Assembly: GCA_963757515.1 (NCBI GenBank) | Contig: CAVWRV010000005.1 | Span: 39,870 to 103,869, forward strand | Length of the DNA: 64,000 bases | Reading direction: 5' to 3' | Source: an uncultured Acidobacteriaceae bacterium | GTDB lineage: Bacteria > Acidobacteriota > Terriglobia > Terriglobales > Acidobacteriaceae | Part shown: positions 29,515-38,874 of the stretch, in pieces | How the letters are laid out: every line of letters begins with the position of its first letter | Position numbering within the stretch: the stretch's first letter is position 1 | Notes under the pieces: generated by a model | What the model saw: only the letters and a program-made list of their open reading frames with translations | Told to the model about the DNA's origin: nothing | Database searches by the model: none | Position numbers and translations under genes: made by a program

Positions 29515-31179
29515 ATGCAAACCATATCCCGAAAATTCGCCTGCACTTTGCTGACGGGTGTAGCGGCGCTTTCGCCTGCGCTGGCGGCTGCACAAAACGG
29601 AACAGACAAAGGTACAAATAGGCTCTATCCAAACAATCTTGTCGTCAGCCGCAGCGTCTACGACAACAATCCGGGCAATGTGACGGTGGGGGAAATTCTT
29701 CCGCCGAACTGCGCCCAGACCACCGGTGGCTGTTCCGCCGCGACGGGCGCTCCTTATGACGGAACCTACCCCACGGTTTTCAACAATAATCTCTACGATG
29801 GCAGCTTCGGCGTCACCTCAAGAATTTATCTCGACCAGTTAACCCTGAGCGGCTGGAAGATCAGCTCTATTGAAGTGCCAAATAGCGACCAGGGGATTCC
29901 CGCGTCAGCCAATCATCTGGTAACCAGCTTCAGTTCCAAATCTGAGCTCGCGCTCAATCTTTCTACCGACGGCAAGTTCCTCACCTTCATGGGCTACGTC
30001 GCGCCCCTCAACATTCTCGACGTTTCCAACTCCAACACGCCGCTGGTTGTCGATCCCACGAGCCCCGTCGGCCAGACGCCGACATACCGCGCGGTTGCCA
30101 GGGTCGGCCGGGACGGAAAGTTCCGCTTCACGGAGACCAATGCTTACAGCGGAAACAACGGCCGGGCAGCCATCTTCAACGACAACGCAGATGTCTATTA
30201 CACCGCGGGAAACGCCGGCAACGGCAGCAATCCGCAGCCGGCCGGCGTCATTCTTGGTGCAGGCGCCCAGCTCATTCCGTTCCAGCACGAAAGCGAAAAG
30301 AACCAGGATCCCGGTCTTCCTACACCGGTGGCCAGCTTCTCCGTGACCCAGCTCGGCGACCCAGCGGATAAGATCGGCAAAGACGATAACTTCCGCGGGA
30401 TGACGATCTTTAACAACGTCCTCTACTACACCAAAGGCAGCGGAGGCAACGGGGTCAACACGGTTTACTTTGTCGACACAACCGGCACCGCCTGCCCCAA
30501 AGGAGTTGGCCTTCCGGTTTCAGGGGCCCAGCTCCCGGCCACTCCGCTCTCCTACGATCCGGGTACGCTGCCGACCGCTGGTCTGCCTAGCAACATGTGC
30601 ATCCTTGCCGGCTTCCCAACGACGCTGGCGAAGAATGCGACCATGTTTCCCTTCGGCCTATGGTTTGCGGATGCAAACACGTTGTATGTAGCGGACGAAG
30701 GAGACGGCTACGCGGGAGGCGCCGATCTCTACACGCATGCCGCGGCGCAGACGACAGCGGGGCTGCAGAAGTGGGTCTTCGATGCAACCGCGAAGACCTG
30801 GAAGATGGCGTATGTCCTCACCAACGGACTCGGCATCGGTACACCCTATTCGGTGGCCAACTATCCCACGGGCATCAACGCGGCCACCAAACTGCCGTGG
30901 GCGCCTGCAACCGACGGCCTGCGGAACATTACGGGATTGGTGGGTCCCGATGGCCTGGTCGGGATCTGGGCAGTCAGCTCGACCGTGAGCGGGAATGGTG
31001 ACCAGGGGGCGGATCCCAATCGACTGTTCGTGGTCGTGGACCTCCTGAAGAATACGGATCCCACCGTTGCCTCATATCTTCCCTTCTTCGACGTGCGCGA
31101 CGCTCAGTCCGGTGAGGTCCTTCGTGGAGTGTCGTTTACTCCAGGAACGGATTTTTCCGCTTTCCTTGGGCTTTTCTAG
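29515..31179 (+). CDS. secreted hypothetical protein (Gly/Asn/Thr-rich, probable beta-rich fold)
   Basis: 554 aa. GAGGAG SD. Signal peptide …ALSPALAAAQ. Confidence 0.7.
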   Translation: MQTISRKFACTLLTGVAALSPALAAAQNGTDKGTNRLYPNNLVVSRSVYDNNPGNVTVGEILPPNCAQTTGGCSAATGAPYDGTYPTVFNNNLYDGSFGVTSRIYLDQLTLSGWKISSIEVPNSDQGIPASANHLVTSFSSKSELALNLSTDGKFLTFMGYVAPLNILDVSNSNTPLVVDPTSPVGQTPTYRAVARVGRDGKFRFTETNAYSGNNGRAAIFNDNADVYYTAGNAGNGSNPQPAGVILGAGAQLIPFQHESEKNQDPGLPTPVASFSVTQLGDPADKIGKDDNFRGMTIFNNVLYYTKGSGGNGVNTVYFVDTTGTACPKGVGLPVSGAQLPATPLSYDPGTLPTAGLPSNMCILAGFPTTLAKNATMFPFGLWFADANTLYVADEGDGYAGGADLYTHAAAQTTAGLQKWVFDATAKTWKMAYVLTNGLGIGTPYSVANYPTGINAATKLPWAPATDGLRNITGLVGPDGLVGIWAVSSTVSGNGDQGADPNRLFVVVDLLKNTDPTVASYLPFFDVRDAQSGEVLRGVSFTPGTDFSAFLGLF

Positions 31180-31342
31180 ATACCTTATCGCCCAGCAACC
31201 GATCCCCCGGGGATTGGTTGCTGGGCCAGCCTGAGATTTGTTGCCCTGCCCGTCAACGCGCCCAATCCTACCCGGCAGCATTCGCTGAGGGCTGCATTTT
31301 TCGCTTGACATGTACTAGTACACTAGTACAACATTCATCTGG

Positions 31343-31788
31343 ATGAAGCCTCCCGTTCCAGTCCGGCGCCCGTTTACCTTCCGCCTCGACATGCGTAGCG
31401 GTGTCCCTCTCTACCGCCAACTCATCGATCAGGTCCAGGCCGCCATTGCTACAGCATTGCTGGTCCCTGGTGACCAGCTACCCACGGTCCGTCAGGTTGC
31501 CGTTGACCTCGAGATCAATCCCAACACCGTGATGCGTGCTTATCGGGAAATGGAAATCCGCGGCATCGTCGACACGCAACAGGGTACGGGGACCTTTGTT
31601 GCGCAGCAGAACACGGAGCGCGATGCAGTCGAGCATTCCCGCGGCCTGGAGCAGCTGGTGGAAGAGTTTGCCGCCCGGGCAGGAGCGGGCGGCTTCAACC
31701 TCGAAGAACTGATGATGGCCCTCCGCGACCGCCTGGCAGAAGGCAAACAGGCAAGCGGCCCCGAGACCAAAAGGAGAAAAACGATGAG
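31343..31788 (+). CDS. GntR-family (YtrA-like) winged-helix transcriptional regulator
   Basis: HTH VPLYRQLIDQVQAAIATALLVPGDQLPTVRQVAVDLEINPNTVMRAYREMEIRGIV. In the given sequence it reads through into the SPFH gene; an ATGA stop/start overlap exists in the +1 frame. Confidence 0.7.
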
Positions 31789-32659
31789 CTACACGGGCAA
31801 AACCTTAGATGTCGATATAAGTGGACCGGGGATCCTAGCCTTTATTGTGTTCACGGCTGCCGGCTTTGGAGCCGCTCGTTTGGTTCACTCGCCGGTTGCT
31901 CTTATTGCCGGCATCGCCATTGGCATCTACCTCATGTTCTCGATCAAGGTGGTGCAGCAGTGGCAACGGGTCGCGATCCTTCGTTTTGGGCGATACCGTG
32001 GCCTGCGTGGTCCCGGTATGTTCCTCATCGTGCCGGTTATGGACACGCTCAGCCGATTTGTCGATCAGCGGGTTCGGGTCGCGACCGTTACCGCCGAATC
32101 CACGCTCACCCGTGACACGGTCCCGGTCAACGTGGACGCGATTGTCTTCTGGCTGGTGTGGAACGCCGAGAAATCCATTCTCGAAGTGGAGAACTTCACG
32201 GATGCGGTGAACATGAGCGCGCAGACTGCCTTGCGTGAATCCATTGGCCGCCACGAACTGGCGCAGATGATCACCGAGCGCGAAAGCATGGGCCAGCAGT
32301 TACAGCTGATCCTCGATGCCAAGACCAATCCCTGGGGCATCACCATTCAATCGGTTGAGATTCGCGACGTCCGCATTCCCCAGGCGCTCGAGAACGCGAT
32401 GTCGCAGCAGGCGCAGGCGGAACGCGAACGCCAGGCTCGTCTGATCCTCGGCGATGCCGAAACCCAGGTCGCCGTCAAGTTCGCCGAAGCTGCCCGGACC
32501 TATGGTGACAACCCGGGAGCACTCCACTTACGGGCGATGAACATGCTCTACGAAGCCATGAAAGAGAAGGGAGCGATGGTCATCGTTCCCTCGACCGCTG
32601 TTGAAACCATGGGTTTGGGCGGAACTCTCGCTACCGCGGCGATTGGCCGCGAGCGATAG
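31786..32659 (+). CDS. SPFH/band-7 (stomatin/prohibitin-like) membrane protein
   Basis: AAGGAG 7 nt upstream of ATG 31786. N-terminal TM segments. SPFH core (AILRFGRYRGLRGPGMFLIVP…) and C-terminal coiled-coil AQAERERQARL. Confidence 0.8.
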
Positions 32660-32692
32660 TCAGTCTATTTTTCGGAAAAGGAGCGATTCACC

Positions 32693-33100
32693 ATGCGAAA
32701 CATCAACCAATGCATCGTCGTATCATTCCTGCTGGCCGGCTCAATTGCCGGCTACGGACAGAGTTCCCTTAGCGGCGAATGGCGCGGCACGGAAAACAAC
32801 CTTCCTTTGATGGATCTGACCATCGAACAGAACGCCAGCCACGCCCCTGGAAGCGCTATCTTCTACCTCATAAAACGTAACACTGACGGTAGCAACCCGC
32901 ACGTCGACGGCCAGGCCGGCGGCCCGATGGAAAACGTGAGGTACGAACCAGAAAAGCTGAGCTTCGATATGCACCGCCCGGACGGGTCGTTGGTCAGCTT
33001 TCGGGTGGAGCTGGCCGACGCCAACCACGCGAGGTTGTTTCGCACCAGCGACCATGCCCCGGAAGGCTCGGGCTTTCCCCTCGTCCGCGTAAAACCATAA
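32693..33100 (+). CDS. small secreted hypothetical protein
   Basis: 135 aa. AAGGAG SD. Signal peptide. Immediately downstream of the SPFH gene. Confidence 0.65.
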   Translation: MRNINQCIVVSFLLAGSIAGYGQSSLSGEWRGTENNLPLMDLTIEQNASHAPGSAIFYLIKRNTDGSNPHVDGQAGGPMENVRYEPEKLSFDMHRPDGSLVSFRVELADANHARLFRTSDHAPEGSGFPLVRVKP

Positions 33101-33269
33101 TTGCTTTGCTGAGGCAGCCGGCTTTGCCGTCCCGCCGGTACTGTTGAGCGTCGGTTTGCTTTTTATCAGACCGATCCCTGGGTTACACTCGGCCGTCCCT
33201 CCGGGACTAAATCGGTGAACAGCGAGTTCTCAAACACGCGGCTATTCCAAAGCTCTGATGCGAAAGCAA

Positions 33270-33328
33270 GTCACTTGACAAGCCTGCCTATACGCTGTAT
33301 ACCATTCACCTATACGGTGTATAGGTAA
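33270..33328 (+). promoter_or_regulatory. sigma70-like promoter with two tandem palindromic operators upstream of the TetR gene
   Basis: TTGACA (33273-33278), 17-nt spacer, TATACC. CTATACgctGTATAc and CTATACggtGTATAG palindromes overlap the -10 region and the leader. Confidence 0.5.
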
Positions 33329-33907
33329 ATGGATCAGGCGACACAGGAACGGATTTCGGAAGCGGCTCTCAGGCTTTTTGAGACCGATGGAGAGGGCGGC
33401 GTAAGCATGCGGCGGGTTGCCAACGCTGTGGGCATAACGCCTATGGCGATCTATCACCACTTCGCCGACCGGAGAGCGCTGCTGAACTTCGTCGTGGACC
33501 GCGAGTTTGCCAAGTACCTGGAATCTTTTCAGGCGGTCCCCCAGCGGGGCTCCTATGAATCCCGGCTTTTGACCTGCATGGACGCTTACATCGACTATGC
33601 GTTCGCCCGTCCGCGCATCTTTGATTACGTCTTCGCCGAGCCCCGGCCGGGCGCGCGGCGGTATCCGGAGGATTTTCGGGCGCGGCGTTCGCCCACCCTG
33701 AATCCAGTGGCTGATCTGTTGCAGAGTGCGATGGAAGCCGGCTTTTTAAGACAAGACGATGTGTGGGAGGTTGCCATGGAGCTGTGGGCTCATACGCATG
33801 GTTATGTTTCGCTCTACCGCGGCGGCCGTTTCGACCTGCCGGAGAAGGAGTTTCGCGCTCTAGTACGCCGTTCGCTCAGGAGGTTGATCCATGGCCTTAA
33901 AGCCTAG
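33329..33907 (+). CDS. TetR/AcrR-family transcriptional regulator
   Basis: N-terminal HTH RISEAALRLFETDGEGGVSMRRVANAVGITPMAIYHHF. Confidence 0.9.
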   Translation: MDQATQERISEAALRLFETDGEGGVSMRRVANAVGITPMAIYHHFADRRALLNFVVDREFAKYLESFQAVPQRGSYESRLLTCMDAYIDYAFARPRIFDYVFAEPRPGARRYPEDFRARRSPTLNPVADLLQSAMEAGFLRQDDVWEVAMELWAHTHGYVSLYRGGRFDLPEKEFRALVRRSLRRLIHGLKA

Positions 33908-35306
33908 TATGACTGTCCTCGTTGCATTGTGCCTCACCGTATCGGCGGCCCTGCTCTTCTTCGGGACTGGCCTTACTCCCGTGTGGATGCTGTTATGGCT
34001 GGCGCCGATTCCCGTCTTGTGGCTCGCACCGCGTGTCTCTGCCGGGCAGGCCTTTTTCTTTGCCGTTGCGGCCTATGTGATGGGGGCATTCAATCTCTGG
34101 TTTTATTTGACGATCGTGACCCCGGTATGGATTACGCTGCTGTTAACGTTTGCCCCGGCCTGCTTATTTGCCACAGCAGTAGTACTCTTTCGTAATCGCA
34201 TGCTGCGCGGGCGGTTGTGGCAAGCGGCGCTGATCGTGCCGGCGTTCTGGGTGACCTATGAGTACCTGACCTCGTTGCTGTCGATCCATGGGACGATTGG
34301 CAATATCAGCTACAGCCAGATGAACTTCCTGCCCATTCTGCAGCTTGCGGCCGTGACCGGGATCTGGGGCATCAGCTTCTCCCTCCTGTTCTTCGCGGCC
34401 ACGGTTGCGGGGCTTCTGAGTCCAGCTCCGGCCAGGGAAAAGTGGGTCCTTTCGGTCACGGCAGCGGCCTTCTTCCTCTGCGTCTTCGGTTATGGATTCT
34501 TGCGCCTGGCGAGATCGCCGAAAAACGCGCCCATGGTCAAGGTCGGGCTGGTCGCTTCCGACGATTCAGAGATGATGCTGGCGCCTACCCCGGGGCAGGC
34601 GCTGGGGATGTATGACCGGTTCGGTAAGGAGATCCGGACCCTGCAAGGGCGGGGAATCCAGATGTTCGTGCTGCCCGAAAACAGCGGTTCGGTGACCGAC
34701 GCGTCGGTCGCCGCAACGGATGAGAAGCTGGGGGCGGTGGCGAGGGAAGCGCACGCTTTCGTCGCCATTGGAGTGGCCCGCATCGGGCCGACAGTCTCAC
34801 GGAACGAGGAGAGGCTTTATGCCCCCGATGGCACGCTGGCCGCGACCTATGACAAGCATCACCTGCTGCCGCCCTTTGAGAACCAGTTCACGCCGGCAAC
34901 CACACGCACCACGCTAAAAGAGCCTTCCGGCACATGGGGACTCCAGATCTGCAAGGACATGGATTTCCCACTGTTGAGCAGGCAGTATGCGAAAGACGGA
35001 GTCGGCCTGATGATCGTTCCGGCGTGGGACTTCACGCTGGATGGATGGTCACACGGCCGCATCGCCATCATGCGCGGTGTGGAAGGCGGATTCAGCATCG
35101 CCCGATCGGCGAAGCGGAGCATTCTTTATGTCACGGACGATCGCGGACGTGTACTTGCTGAGCAGAACACCATGTTACTTCCCTTCGCGACCGTCGTGAC
35201 ATCGGTTCCCGTGCATCATGACGTGACTCTTTATTCGAGATGGGGTGACTGGTTTGCCTGGCTAAACATTGCTTTGCTGGCCGGCTTGTTGTTGTTGAAA
35301 ATCTGA
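33891..35306 (+). CDS. Lnt-like membrane protein with C-terminal carbon-nitrogen hydrolase (nitrilase-superfamily) domain
   Basis: ~6 N-terminal TM helices, then a CN-hydrolase-like domain (…VGLVASDDSEMM…FVLPENSG…ICKDMDFP…). Confidence 0.65.
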   Translation: MALKPSMTVLVALCLTVSAALLFFGTGLTPVWMLLWLAPIPVLWLAPRVSAGQAFFFAVAAYVMGAFNLWFYLTIVTPVWITLLLTFAPACLFATAVVLFRNRMLRGRLWQAALIVPAFWVTYEYLTSLLSIHGTIGNISYSQMNFLPILQLAAVTGIWGISFSLLFFAATVAGLLSPAPAREKWVLSVTAAAFFLCVFGYGFLRLARSPKNAPMVKVGLVASDDSEMMLAPTPGQALGMYDRFGKEIRTLQGRGIQMFVLPENSGSVTDASVAATDEKLGAVAREAHAFVAIGVARIGPTVSRNEERLYAPDGTLAATYDKHHLLPPFENQFTPATTRTTLKEPSGTWGLQICKDMDFPLLSRQYAKDGVGLMIVPAWDFTLDGWSHGRIAIMRGVEGGFSIARSAKRSILYVTDDRGRVLAEQNTMLLPFATVVTSVPVHHDVTLYSRWGDWFAWLNIALLAGLLLLKI

Positions 35307-35752
35307 GCGAGTGCTGCCGCGGCCGTTGTTCCCTACGATGGACTAGAGCGACATGCTGAGCGACAAGGGTTGATCGATGGGTTTGGGCAGGAGCGCCACG
35401 GGCGACTTGCAATCCGCTATGGGGCAGGCCGTTGCGGCGTCGAGACATGCAGGCTCTACGCAGACTTGAAGGGAATGGCCTCGGAGGCAAATTGCATTGC
35501 GCAGCTTCTCTGCATGTTCGGTGGGATGGCGGCAAATGAGCATTGGCTGTTTCCTCTGTTGATTCGTATCGACTCCATTTTGGAAACATTCGACCCTGGA
35601 GCAAAACAAAACAATCAGTGGATGGGCGGTGTTTCCGATCGGAAAAATTGGCGGGCGAAGCGGCCGCGTCGCTTCGCCAACAGATTGCCGCGAATTCCAC
35701 TACCCCGGAATACCTGGTCTTAAGGGTCCACGGGAAGTGGCCACCGCTAAAT

Positions 35753-36337
35753 TTACCTTTGTTGCCTCACGCTTTGAACTACGCCCGGCAGAGCCGGGGA
35801 TCCAAAATGCTTGGAACCCGGGGACTCAAAGGTCAGCGTGATATTGGAAAATTCAACGTCGCTGCCGCCGGTAATTTCTATCACCACAGGGGATGGTTCA
35901 ACGGTGGCGGGGGCGGGGCCTCCGTTGACTGTGAACCTGGCCGTACCGGTTACCTTGAATCCATTCGTAATCGGGGTGACGTCGCCATCGACCAGCGTGA
36001 TGTGGTGCGTATGGGCGCCCCGGCCGGCCGGATCAAAATTCCCGTTCCCACCGGTCTTTGTCAGGACCCAACCATCGGAGAATTCCATGTTCAGGGCAGC
36101 GGAAAAATCCGCCTTGGTTCCGTCTTCCGCTAACGTCAGGGACCATGGGCCGAGAACCTCATACGGACCAGTTGCAGTGGTCGTTGTACCCATCGTCGCC
36201 ATGGTTTGAGGCGTATAGGCGTTCATTACCCCCCTGAATTCCTTATGGGTTGATGTTTGAGCCAAGGCGCCAGTACCTACCGCCAGCGTCAGGACTGCGA
36301 GGATGGGTGCTGACCACGGGGAAGCTTTGCTTTTCAT
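35753..36337 (-). CDS. secreted hypothetical protein (Thr/Gly-rich)
   Basis: GGAGG 8 nt upstream of ATG (36337). Signal peptide MKSKASPWSAPILAVLTLAVGTGALAQT. Confidence 0.6.
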   Translation of the reverse strand: MKSKASPWSAPILAVLTLAVGTGALAQTSTHKEFRGVMNAYTPQTMATMGTTTTATGPYEVLGPWSLTLAEDGTKADFSAALNMEFSDGWVLTKTGGNGNFDPAGRGAHTHHITLVDGDVTPITNGFKVTGTARFTVNGGPAPATVEPSPVVIEITGGSDVEFSNITLTFESPGSKHFGSPALPGVVQSVRQQR

Positions 36338-36549
36338 GAAATTCCTCCAAATTTGAGAGTCACGCCTTTGCGACGTGGGGACACCATCGGGCAGGTGCGT
36401 GCTCCGGGTCAAAAGGCAATGCGCGGAATCGCGGCCGTTCCGCTACTTGCCGTCGAATGCTGTGCTTTGCCGTGCCTTCGACGGCAGAGCACGCTACAAT
36501 TCCGGTGCAAAGGGTTCGTCAAGACAGGGGACCGAGCAGGAGATCCGCG

Positions 36550-38601
36550 ATGGGCGAACTATCCCCTGGCACCGTGCCAACCGCCAAAGCCACCGAAGAC
36601 CGCCTGGATTCGTGGAAAGAAATCGCGGCCTACCTCAGCCGCGACGTGACCACCGTCCAGCGCTGGGAGAAGCGGGAGGGGATGCCCGTACACCGGCACC
36701 TGCACGACAGGATGGGCTCGGTCTATGCTTCCCGGGCGGAGTTGGACGCCTGGGCACGGGGCCGAAATCTTCGCGCAGCGCAGGAGAACGGGAACAATGC
36801 CACCGCTCCTAATCCCCCGGCTTCGCTGCCGGAACCGGCGAAGACGATCGCCCGGCCCAGATGGAAGTTTGTTTTGCCCCTGGCCGCGGCGGCAGCCGTG
36901 CTGGCGATCGGTGCAAGCCTCTGGTTGCAACGGACGGAGCCTTTTTGGCGAAACCCCATCGCGGACGCGAGATTTCAGACGGTTACGGACTTCGAAGGGA
37001 TTCAGCAGGCGGCTGCGGTATCACGCGACGGTCATCTGGTAGCGTTTCTGTCGGACCGGGACGGGCAGATGGACGTTTGGGTTACCCAGGCTGGCTCGGG
37101 ACAATTCCACAACTTGACCCGGGGCAGCATGCCGGACCTGGGCAATCCATCGATCCGCGCTCTCGGGTTCTCACCCGATGGTTCTGTGGTCACGTTTTGG
37201 GTTCGCAAGCCAGACAGCTCGAGTGGCGGCGACATCAGTATCTGGGCGGTGCCGACCCTGGGAGGACAGCCGAGGCTGTACCTCGAAGGCGTGGCCGAGT
37301 ACGATTGGTCGCCCGACGGCGCCCGCCTCGCCTACCACACACCCGGACCAGGAGACCCGCTGTTTGTGTCCGAGGGCGCGCCGCAGCCGGGAGGCCGGCC
37401 CATCTTCCATGCGCCCGCCGGGCTCCACTCTCATTTTCCCTCGTGGTCGCCCGACGCGGCTTTCCTCTATTTCGTCCAGGGTGAGCTCCCGGACAAATTA
37501 GACATCTGGCGTATCCCTTCGGGCGGGGGAACTCCGGAACAGATCACGTCACACCATGCAGCTGTAACCTACCCTGTTCTGGTGGATCGGCGCACGCTGT
37601 TGTATCTGGCCAGCGATTCCGACGGGTCGGGACCGTGGCTTCATAGCATTGACGTCGAGCGTCGCATTCCCCACCGGCTGACCACAGGTCTTGACCGTTA
37701 CACGTCGCTGGCGGCCAGCGCCGACGGTCGCCGCCTGGTGGCCACCCTGGCCAGCACCAAGACAACACTGTGGCGAATGCCGATCGCTGATTCACCAACG
37801 ACGGTATCGGCAGCGGCTCCGATTCCTCTCACCACCGGCACGGGGTTGTCGCCACGATTAGCCGCCGATAGCCTGCTGTATGTGTCTGCCACCGGCACGG
37901 GAGAGAGTATCTGGAAGTTTGCCCAGGGAACCAGCACCGAGTTGTGGAGTGGCGTGGAAGCGCGTGTTTTTGGGGGTCCGGCCATCTCCCCCGATGGACA
38001 CTCTTTCGCCTTCTCGGTCAGCCAACACGGGCAAACGTTGCTGTACGTGATGCAGGCCGACGGCACCCACGCCCGGGTCGTGGCCGATTCGCTCAACCTG
38101 CAGGGTGCCCCAGCATGGGCGCCCGACGGGCAATCGATCACGACGGCGGCGGACGATCACGGCTTCCCGCACCTGTTTCGCGTACCGCTCGACGGCCGCT
38201 CTCCCACGGTGTTTGTCCGGGAGTATTCGGTCGATCCCGCGTGGTCGCCCGACGGGCGCTTCGGTGTCTATTCAGGACCCGATATCGGCACCACGCTGGC
38301 GGTGAAAGCCGTCACTCCCGAGGGCGCACCGCGTCCCCTGCCACCCTTGAAACTGACTCGCGGGGCTCGGCACATAGCTTTCCTTCCGGGAGGAGGGTCA
38401 CTGGTGGTCTTGCGGGGAGCGATTCAACACAAGAATCTCTGGCTTATCGACGTGGAGACGGGCGCCGAGCGGCAGTTGACCAACCTCCCTGAAGACTTTA
38501 ACATTCGCGACTTCGACATTTCCCCGGACGGCCGTGAAGTTGTTCTCGAACGAGCGCAGGAAAGTTCCAATGTGGTGATGCTGGATCTTCCCCGACGATA
38601 A
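36550..38601 (+). CDS. N-terminal HTH-like domain + TM + periplasmic TolB-like (PD40/WD40-like) beta-propeller protein
   Basis: Motif LDSWKEIAAYLSRDVTTVQRWEKREGMPVHR. TM (FVLPLAAAAAVLAIGASLWL). Repeated S/W-SPDG PD40-like repeats (AFLSDRDG, GFSPDGS, WSPDGAR, WSPDAAF, ISPDGH, WAPDGQ, WSPDGR, ISPDGR). Confidence 0.8.
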   Translation: MGELSPGTVPTAKATEDRLDSWKEIAAYLSRDVTTVQRWEKREGMPVHRHLHDRMGSVYASRAELDAWARGRNLRAAQENGNNATAPNPPASLPEPAKTIARPRWKFVLPLAAAAAVLAIGASLWLQRTEPFWRNPIADARFQTVTDFEGIQQAAAVSRDGHLVAFLSDRDGQMDVWVTQAGSGQFHNLTRGSMPDLGNPSIRALGFSPDGSVVTFWVRKPDSSSGGDISIWAVPTLGGQPRLYLEGVAEYDWSPDGARLAYHTPGPGDPLFVSEGAPQPGGRPIFHAPAGLHSHFPSWSPDAAFLYFVQGELPDKLDIWRIPSGGGTPEQITSHHAAVTYPVLVDRRTLLYLASDSDGSGPWLHSIDVERRIPHRLTTGLDRYTSLAASADGRRLVATLASTKTTLWRMPIADSPTTVSAAAPIPLTTGTGLSPRLAADSLLYVSATGTGESIWKFAQGTSTELWSGVEARVFGGPAISPDGHSFAFSVSQHGQTLLYVMQADGTHARVVADSLNLQGAPAWAPDGQSITTAADDHGFPHLFRVPLDGRSPTVFVREYSVDPAWSPDGRFGVYSGPDIGTTLAVKAVTPEGAPRPLPPLKLTRGARHIAFLPGGGSLVVLRGAIQHKNLWLIDVETGAERQLTNLPEDFNIRDFDISPDGREVVLERAQESSNVVMLDLPRR

Positions 38602-38603
38602 CG

Positions 38604-38797
38604 GGGGTTCTCAGGCTGCGAAAAAGTCGCTCTCTGGGGAATTGTGGGTGCCCCATATCTCGCGCTTTTTGCGAGATGTGGGAAAGAAACTCAACTAAAA
38701 ACAGAACCCGTCGGTAACCGGCCGCTTTTCCCACATCTCGCAAAAAGCGCGAGATAAGGGGTACCCACAATTCCCCAGAGAGCGACTTTTTCGCAGC
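38604..38797. repeat. R1-related element: ~40-bp terminal inverted repeats enclosing an X-type palindromic module
   Basis: gctgcgaaaaagtcgctctctggggaattgtgggtgcccc (38604-38643) and its inverted partner ggggtacccacaattccccagagagcgactttttcgcagc (38758-38797). Inner module atctcgcgctttttgcgagatgtggg…cccacatctcgcaaaaagcgcgagat. Confidence 0.75.
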
Positions 38798-38874
38798 TGT
38801 TCAGGAGGGCGCCAGGTCAAGAGCACTACAATGATCCTCGGTCTTCGAGAACCACCACCAACTGGAGGCCGCGC

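Noticed and set aside
35131-35700. 189-aa minus-strand ORF downstream of the Lnt-like gene
   Set aside because: Overlaps the end of the Lnt-like gene in antisense. Arg/Ser/Cys-rich, no RBS. Region 35340-35750 more likely intergenic.
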